Shown piece after piece: positions 57,465 through 64,000 of a DNA stretch of 64,000 nt. Numbering within the stretch: position 1 is the first letter of the stretch; each line of letters starts with the position of its first letter. The translations under genes were made by a program, and so were the position numbers. The notes beneath the pieces are model-generated. The model searched no databases. It had not been told where the DNA came from and saw nothing but the letters and a program-made list of their open reading frames with translations. Origin of the DNA: an uncultured Candidatus Woesearchaeota archaeon (GTDB lineage: Archaea > Nanobdellota > Nanobdellia > Woesearchaeales > UBA10107); assembly GCA_963835585.1 (NCBI GenBank), contig CAWIGF010000003.1, positions 516,530-580,529 on the forward strand. Direction: 5' to 3'.

Positions 57465-57760
57465 CTTACGAAATACCGCAACAGCTTCAATATGAAGAAA
57501 AGATTATATTCGGATTAAATTTCAAGCAGTTGCTATATGCAATTATATTTTTCCCTATTGGAATTATTATTTTTCTCAAGTCGGGATTAAATTTAGAGAT
57601 TAAATTAACACTCTCTTTAATCCCTATTTTAATCGGTGTTGCATTCATGTTCTTTGACTTGAAAGATTGGTTGAGTTCTGTTTGGCAGTGGCTGAAATTC
57701 AGAGAAGTGTTTCTTAATGGATTTGAAAATGAAAACGTTCTTGGGATTAAAGAATGTTGA
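57461..57760 (+). CDS. VirB3-like small membrane protein candidate
   Basis: 99 aa with 2 TM helices, immediately upstream of and overlapping the VirB4-like gene. This is the typical VirB3-VirB4 arrangement. Confidence 0.35.
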   Translation: MTYEIPQQLQYEEKIIFGLNFKQLLYAIIFFPIGIIIFLKSGLNLEIKLTLSLIPILIGVAFMFFDLKDWLSSVWQWLKFREVFLNGFENENVLGIKEC

Positions 57761-60557
57761 GAAAGGAGTTATTCAGGCACATGGAAAGAAAATTGCTTTG
57801 ATTAAGGTTGAGCCTACAAACTTTGCAATTAGAAATAATGATGAGAAAGAAGTTATTATCAAAGGATTTCAGAAGTTCTTGAACTCCCTTGATTTTCCGA
57901 TACAGATTTGCGTTGGAACAGAAGTTTTGAACATTGACAACTATCTGAACGTCTTGCAGTCAAGAGTAGATGAAACAATAAAGAAAACAAAGAATGATTT
58001 GTATAAAAAGCAGTTTGATTCATACAAAGAGCATTTATTGGAATTAATTAAAAATAATCAAGTTCTGAATAGGTCTTTCTATGTTGTAATTCCTGAAAAG
58101 AAAAGCATTAGTTTGGAAGTTCAGACAAATGTATGCCTTGAAAAATTAAAAGCACTTGATTTGAAAGTCAGAGAAATTAAGGATAATGAAGAAGCAACAC
58201 AAATTATTGCGGGATTTTTCAATAACTTGCAGGAAGATGAAGATAAGTCAGAGCTTCTTGAGAACGATAAAATAAGCGATAAGAATTTATTGCATTACTT
58301 AGTTGCTCCTAAATTCATTCTAAACCATCAAAAATCAATTCAGGTCAACAATAAGTTAGTAAGGACAATTACTGCCTCAGGCTATCCTCGAATTGTTGAC
58401 CCAGGATTCATGGACAGAATAATAACAGCGAATGGCGATTTTGATTTAAGTCTTGCATATTGAGCCTTATGCTATCGAAAGCATGATGTTAATGTTAAAT
58501 AAAGAATTGCAGAAGCAAAGAGCGGACTTGTATTCTGCTCAGATAAAAAATGCCGTCAATCCTTCTTTAGAAATAAAATACCAAGATACTAAGAATGTTC
58601 TTGAGAATTTGCAGAAAGGAAATGAGAAATTGTTTAATGTTTCGCTTTATGTTAATTGCAAAGCAAGAGATGAAAAAGAATTAAACATAACTATCAAAGA
58701 AAGTCGAGTCTGAATTAAATTCCATTATGATGATTCCGAAAGTTCCTTCTTTCAGAATGGCACAGGGAATTAAATCAGTTGCTCCATTTGGAATTGATGA
58801 TTTAAACATAAAAAGAAATATTCCTACTTCTGCCTTATCTGCTTTCTTTCCTTTTACTTCTCAATTCTTGCAAGTTGATGAAAAAGGAGTTTGGCTTGGA
58901 TTGAATAAAAATAATATTCCAATTATCAAAGACATATTTTCATTTTCAAATCCAAACGGAGTAATTATGGCTTCATCAGGAGCAGGAAAATCATACATGG
59001 CAAAATTATTTATTGCAAGACAATTACTGAACGGAACAAAAGTAATGGTTATTGACCCTCAATCAGAATATGTTAAATTATCTGAAACATATGGTGGTCA
59101 AACAATAACAATTTCAAAAACATCTGATACAATAATTAATCCTCTTGATTTAATGGGACATGATTATTCTGAAAAAAGATTAGCGTTAATGGATTTGCTT
59201 CCAGTTATGCTTGGCTCAGAAGAAACTTCTGAAATTCAAAAATCAGTTTTAGATAGAGCATTAACAGAAGCTTACTCAAAGAAAAGAATTACAAATGACC
59301 CTGAAACTTGGGTTAATGAACCGCCAATACTTTCTGATTTAGTCTCGGTAATTGGAAATAATGTCGAAGAAAGCAACAATCATAGAAAGACCCACGTATA
59401 ATTCATTAATCAATCGTTTGAATATGTATACAACAGGAGCATTTTCATTTTTGAATAGACAGACAAATATTAATTTTGATAATCGCTTTGTTGTTTTCAA
59501 CATTGGAGAAATGCCGAAACAAGTAAAGCCTGTTGTTATGTTCTTGATTCTTGATTATGTTTATATGAAAATGAAGAAAGACAGAGAAAGAAAACTTCTT
59601 GTTATTGATGAAGCGTGGTCTTTATTGTCAAGAGCAGAAGATTCTTCTTACATTTTTGAAATTGTTAAGACGTGTCGTAAGTTTAATTTAGGATTATTGT
59701 TAATCACTCAAGATGTTGCAGACTTATTAAATAGTCAGGCAGGAAATGCTGTTTTATCTAATTCTGCTTATACAATTATGTTAAGACAAAAACCCGCAGT
59801 TATTGACAGAGTTGGAGCTACATTTCATTTGAGTTCTTCTGAAAGAAACAGATTACTTACAGCAAATGTCGGTGAAGGATTAATCATAATGGAAAACGAC
59901 CATTCGGAAATTAAAATCGTTGCTTCTGAAAAAGAGCATGAATTAATCACAACAAATGCAGATGAATTATTGAAACAAGAAAATAAAGAAGAAGTCGTAA
60001 AGAAGAAACAAAACATAAACGTAAAAGTAGATGCTGATAATGGATTATTCAGAAAGAAAGAATTGACAAACCATGATATTGATTATCTTCTTGAGAAAGA
60101 TTACAAGATTTTATCTGCGATTGGTTTGCATGGCGGAAGAAGAGAAGATTATCTTGTCATGCCACGTTCAAATGAAAGTCCCATTCATTTCTTTTTATGC
60201 AAGACCATTTCCGATTTTGTAAAACAATATACTGAGAAAGTGTGGCTGTATCAAACAAAAAAGCCAGATATTGTTTTCCAAGCTGACGGAAAAATATTTG
60301 CGATTGAAATTGAAACAGGAAGCAGACTTACTTATCATGCAGAAATGTTTGACAAAAAAGTGGAACAGCTCAAAAAAGAGTATGGGGAGAATTGGTTGAT
60401 TGTTGTGTCGGACAGAAAAGAGAGAGCAGTATGCGAGGCATGGCAGAACGATTGTTCGGGGCGAAGTGGGGGAGTTTGTGCGGGGGTTAGTTCGGGCGGG
60501 TTGAGGAGGGTTAGAGAGGGGTCTGTGGGGGCAAAATTCGGGCAGATTACGGGTTAA
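57717..60557 (+). pseudogene. VirB4/TrbE/CedB-type conjugative ATPase, interrupted by three +1 frameshifts
   Basis: Four overlapping ORFs in frames 0/1/2/0 cover this span: 57717-58463, 58453-58713, 58727-59401, 59352-60557. The N-terminal VirB4 domain has EPTNFAIRNNDEKE...YVVIPEKK...VAPKFI. Walker A is VIMASSGAGKSYMAK. Walker B/DEAW is RKLLVIDEAWSLL, followed by LLITQDVADL. A ~200-aa non-ATPase C-terminal extension follows. Confidence 0.7.
60440..60545 (+). repeat. G-rich, C-poor tract with multiple G3-G5 runs
   Basis: GTTCGGGGCGAAGTGGGGGAGTTTGTGCGGGGGTTAGTTCGGGCGGGTTGAGGAGGGTTAGAGAGGGGTCTGTGGGGGCAAAATTCGGGCAGATTACGGG. Strong strand-asymmetric G enrichment inside an AT-rich island. It coincides with the end of the VirB4-like ORF. 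Confidence 0.6.
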
Positions 60558-60869
60558 ATCGCATTGCGATAAGAGCAACTCATCAGAACTCATAATTAAG
60601 GTGTCTCACGCCTTAGGAGAGCAAAACAATGGAAAACAACACAACAATTTGAGCCAAAGAAACCTGACTTACAGGTGCATTACAACAAGTCAAAGGACGG
60701 CAGATATTTGATTGTCAAAACGACAATAACTGACATCAAGCCAATAGCTTACTTTGAGAAAGTTTTGGAAAACAACCCTCAGGAATGAGGGCTTTCTTTC
60801 TTTTAAAGCACAACCTCAGAAAACCTTTATAAAGAAGCCATTCAATAGGTGTGGTAGATTGGTGCAAGA

Positions 60870-61406
60870 ATGTTAGAACTAAAAGACAACATAATCAAAC
60901 CCATGATTCCCACAAAACATAAAAAAGATAATGTTAAATGTGAAGAAGCACCCGTCAACATAACAAAAGAGCTTTCTAAAATTCGTCAACAAATATCTGA
61001 AACACGAAAAGAAATACAAGTTGCCGTTGTTCCGAAGTTTCTCGAAGTTTCTACTGAAGCAAAAGATTTGATTGAACACGCCGTAGAAATATGGAGACTT
61101 GAACAAAAAATAAATAAGATTTTGCCAATATTGCCTGAAAATCAGAAGGAAACTTTTGTCAATATACTGAAGAAACTAAAAAGGTATTTGGAAAAGAACG
61201 ATATCGAAATTTTGGACTACACCAATCAAAAATTCAACGATGGTCGAAACTTGGAAATTCTTTCGGTTGAAAAAAATCCTAAAATTTCAGAATCAACAAT
61301 AAAAGAGACAAAAGAACCAACAATAATGTGCAAGGGACAAGTTGTTAGAAGAGGCAAAGTCATAATATCAGCAAAAGACGACAAACTATCTGCTGGTGAA
61401 AAATGA
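60870..61406 (+). CDS. grpE: GrpE-like nucleotide exchange factor
   Basis: 178 aa with a coiled-coil N-terminus and a C-terminal beta-domain pattern (F.DGRNLEIL.....KGQVVRRGKVIISA). It lies immediately upstream of, and overlapping, the Hsp70 gene. Confidence 0.5.
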   Translation: MLELKDNIIKPMIPTKHKKDNVKCEEAPVNITKELSKIRQQISETRKEIQVAVVPKFLEVSTEAKDLIEHAVEIWRLEQKINKILPILPENQKETFVNILKKLKRYLEKNDIEILDYTNQKFNDGRNLEILSVEKNPKISESTIKETKEPTIMCKGQVVRRGKVIISAKDDKLSAGEK

Positions 61407-63892
61407 CGAACGAAACAATTTTAATAGGAATTGATTTGGGTACTACTAACTCTTCTATTGCAGTCAATATCAATGGAAAAATAGAAATTATAAAAAAACC
61501 AGGTGGTTTAGAATATACTCCTTCTGTTTTCGGATTTGATAAATCTAAGAACAAAATTGTTGGAGATGTTGCTTACAAACAATTATACAAATTTGGTGAC
61601 GATAAAAACTTTAAAGCAGAAATAAAGAGAGAAATGGGTACCCCGGGATCTTTTTTCTTTGAAAGGGCAAAAGTTAAAATGACTCCTGAAGAAATATCCG
61701 CAGAAATACTCAAAAGTTTGAAGGAGGATTTACTCAAAAGACATCCTGATTTTAATACATCTGCGGCAGTAATCACGGTTCCTGCTGCATTCTCTGTTTT
61801 ACAAGCAGAAGCCACAAAAAGAGCAGGAAAATTAGCGGGATTTGATTATGTTGTCTTACTGCAAGAACCTATTGCTGCTTCGATTGCTTACAATTTTATG
61901 AATGCGAAAAATGAGAATTGTTTGATTTATGATTTGGGAGGAGGAACTTTCGATATAGCTCTTGTTTCTTGTAAAGATGGGATGTTATCAGTTATAGGTC
62001 ATAACGGAGATAACTTCCTTGGTGGAAAAAATATTGATTGGGAGATTGTGGAAAAAATAATCATTCCAAAAATTCTGGCGAAATATAAATTAACTAATTT
62101 CAAAAGAAGAAATAAAAAATATTCTAGCACTTTTTCAACATTAAAGTATCTTGCAGAGCAGGCAAAAATTGAATTATCTGACTACAAAAAAACAACAATA
62201 GATATAGACGACATAGGAAAAGACGATGATGGGAAAAATATTCGCATTTCTATTGATTTAACTAGAACTGAGTTTGAAAAATTAGCCAAGCCAGTTATAG
62301 ACAAAACAATCGAACTGACGAAAAAAACGCTAAGCGAAGCTGGAGTTAAAAATACATCTGTTAAAAAGATAATTCTCGTCGGAGGACCAACACAAATTCC
62401 ATATTTGAGAGAAAGACTGGAAGCAGATTTAAAAATAAAAGTTGATTCATCCGTTGACCCGTTGACTGTCGTTGCTCACGGAGCTTGTATTTTTGCGATG
62501 AGCCAGAAAATCCCAAAGAAATTCTTGAAATCTGATAATAAAAAAATAGAGAAAGGTACACACGAAATCACTTTGAATTATGTAACTCTAACATCCGAAA
62601 CTGAAGAATCAATCACAGGAATTGTTGACGGACTAAATAATAAAGAACAATACTATGTACAAGTTCAATCAGATAGTGGAACTTTTACTGGACCTAAGAC
62701 AAAGATAAATAATGGGAAGATATACTATACTGTTGATGTTGAAAAAAATAAACAAAATCTTTATTGGATATATATTTTTGACAGCAAAGGAAATCCGATA
62801 AAAATATCTCCTGATTCATTCATAATTACTCACGGAATTTCTGTATCTGGAGCTCCCCTTCCGAAATCAATAGGTGTTGTTGTTATGTCAAATGACTTCT
62901 CTAGAAATAGAACAATCAACATTTACGAAAAAATATTTGAGAAAGGAGACATACTCCCTCTTAAAAAAACACTGGATGTATACAAAACATCAAGAAAACT
63001 GAAAAAAGGAGAAGATGGTTCACTAGATGTAGAATTACTTGAGGGAGAATCTGAGATTCCTGACCGTAATGATTTTGTCTGTGGCGTTGGTTTTAAAGGA
63101 AAAGATATGCCTCACGACATACCTGCTGGAACTCCAATTGAATTAACATTAGAAGTAAATGAGTCGAGAGAAATTTTCTTAACTGCGTACATTCCATTAA
63201 TAGATATGACCCTAAATGCTAGGTCGACTTTGAAAAATAAAGAAGTAGCTACAGAAGAACTATCTTCAGATTTAGAAACCCAAAGAAGAAGAATGGAATT
63301 CGCCTCGGAAGAATGCTCAATTGAGGAACGAAAAAAAATAGCAGACATGTTTGAATCCACATCAGACAGTGTAAAGAATTCGAGTGGAGATGAGGATGAG
63401 AAACGCAAAGCGGATAAACAATTAAAAGACTTGAAAATAGAATTGGACAAAATTGAAGAAGAAAAAGCCATGCCACAGCTTGTAAAAATATTTAACATTA
63501 TGTCAAATGAAGTGCAGAAAATAATCGATGAATATGCTGACCCAAAAGAAAGGGACGAATTAAAACGTGAACTTGAAAATATAAAAAAAGAAAGTAAAAA
63601 AGCAACCGAACAAAATGATAAGGCGTTGATGATAAGAGTAAACGAACAACTCGGAGATTTAAGAAATGCTGCCATATTTTCTAATCCAAACAGCTGGGTT
63701 GCTCATTTCAAACAAATTGTTCAGAATGACACGTTCATAAACGAACAACAAGCACAATATTACATAAATAAAGGAAATCGTGCAATAGAAACAGGAGATG
63801 TTGAGGAATTAAAACGTTGTACAAGACAACTTGCTCTGCTATTATCAAATGAAGACCAAAAAAACATGAAATTATCGGGAATAACGAGGTAA
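61403..63892 (+). CDS. dnaK: atypical Hsp70/DnaK-family chaperone (829 aa) with inserted domain and extended helical C-terminus
   Basis: Nucleotide-binding-domain (NBD) motifs IGIDLGTTNSSIAV, DLGGGTFDIAL and ILVGGPTQIPYL. A ~130-aa insertion follows the NBD. A substrate-binding-domain-like segment (LPKSIGVVV...LDVELLEGESEIPDRNDFVCGVGFKG...IPAGTPIELTLEVNESREIFLTA) follows, then a ~230-aa K/E-rich helical tail. Confidence 0.75.
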   Translation: MTNETILIGIDLGTTNSSIAVNINGKIEIIKKPGGLEYTPSVFGFDKSKNKIVGDVAYKQLYKFGDDKNFKAEIKREMGTPGSFFFERAKVKMTPEEISAEILKSLKEDLLKRHPDFNTSAAVITVPAAFSVLQAEATKRAGKLAGFDYVVLLQEPIAASIAYNFMNAKNENCLIYDLGGGTFDIALVSCKDGMLSVIGHNGDNFLGGKNIDWEIVEKIIIPKILAKYKLTNFKRRNKKYSSTFSTLKYLAEQAKIELSDYKKTTIDIDDIGKDDDGKNIRISIDLTRTEFEKLAKPVIDKTIELTKKTLSEAGVKNTSVKKIILVGGPTQIPYLRERLEADLKIKVDSSVDPLTVVAHGACIFAMSQKIPKKFLKSDNKKIEKGTHEITLNYVTLTSETEESITGIVDGLNNKEQYYVQVQSDSGTFTGPKTKINNGKIYYTVDVEKNKQNLYWIYIFDSKGNPIKISPDSFIITHGISVSGAPLPKSIGVVVMSNDFSRNRTINIYEKIFEKGDILPLKKTLDVYKTSRKLKKGEDGSLDVELLEGESEIPDRNDFVCGVGFKGKDMPHDIPAGTPIELTLEVNESREIFLTAYIPLIDMTLNARSTLKNKEVATEELSSDLETQRRRMEFASEECSIEERKKIADMFESTSDSVKNSSGDEDEKRKADKQLKDLKIELDKIEEEKAMPQLVKIFNIMSNEVQKIIDEYADPKERDELKRELENIKKESKKATEQNDKALMIRVNEQLGDLRNAAIFSNPNSWVAHFKQIVQNDTFINEQQAQYYINKGNRAIETGDVEELKRCTRQLALLLSNEDQKNMKLSGITR

Positions 63893-63897
63893 AAATA

Positions 63898-64000
63898 TGA
63901 CAAACCCAATTCAAAATAATGCTTATCGTTTGCTTGGACTAGATATAACTGCGAGCCAAAAAGAAATTTTGAAGAGATACAAAGAAATCATAAATAGATT
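63898..64000 (+). CDS. J-domain protein (N-terminal fragment at window edge)
   Basis: MTNPIQNNAYRLLGLDITASQKEILKRYKEIINR has a J-domain-like start (A/YxxLG.....S..EIkk.Y). It is truncated by the end of the window. Confidence 0.4.

Noticed and set aside
63112-63675. 187-aa ORF on the minus strand
   Set aside because: Lies entirely within the Hsp70 gene, antisense, and is low complexity.

Overview
This window is an archaeal chromosomal segment of about 40-45% GC, with a lower-GC stretch at the 3' end. The archaeal assignment rests on the rpoH, split rpoB''/rpoB', rpoA'/A'', L30e, NusA-KH, S12, S7 operon, plus aIF1A, aIF2alpha, Nop10, L44e, S27e, S8e, L37e, an Sm protein, prefoldin-alpha next to FtsY, and intron-containing tRNAs.

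The genome also carries many bacterial-type genes: LspA signal peptidase II, NrdR, an EmrAB efflux pair, DUF523, and an AroB-type dehydroquinate-synthase-like gene. That mix is typical of small-genome (DPANN-like) archaea, but the lineage is an inference, not something I can verify here.

Notable content:
- Eight tRNAs (Asp, Lys, Leu, Val, Gly-CCC, Gly-GCC, Ile-UAU candidate), four of them with introns.
- An IS5-family insertion sequence with a target-site duplication, inserted about 50 bp upstream of rps8e.
- Two paralogous surface proteins: an S-layer protein and a 1012-aa Cys-rich lipoprotein.
- A VapBC pair and a minimal-nucleotidyltransferase/HEPN pair.
- Two Fic paralogs. One sits on a 1.2-kb cassette bounded by ~85-bp direct repeats that carry degenerate tRNA-Gly 3' ends, inside a tRNA cluster.
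- A low-GC island (about 54.2-60.6 kb, possibly running to the window end) encoding a type-IV-secretion-like DNA-transfer module: a VirB2-like pilin, a secreted protein, VirB6-like and VirB3-like membrane proteins, and a VirB4 ATPase broken by three +1 frameshifts. It ends in an anomalous G-rich tract.
- The island is followed by a grpE / atypical-Hsp70 / J-protein operon.

No CRISPR array and no rRNA gene were found.
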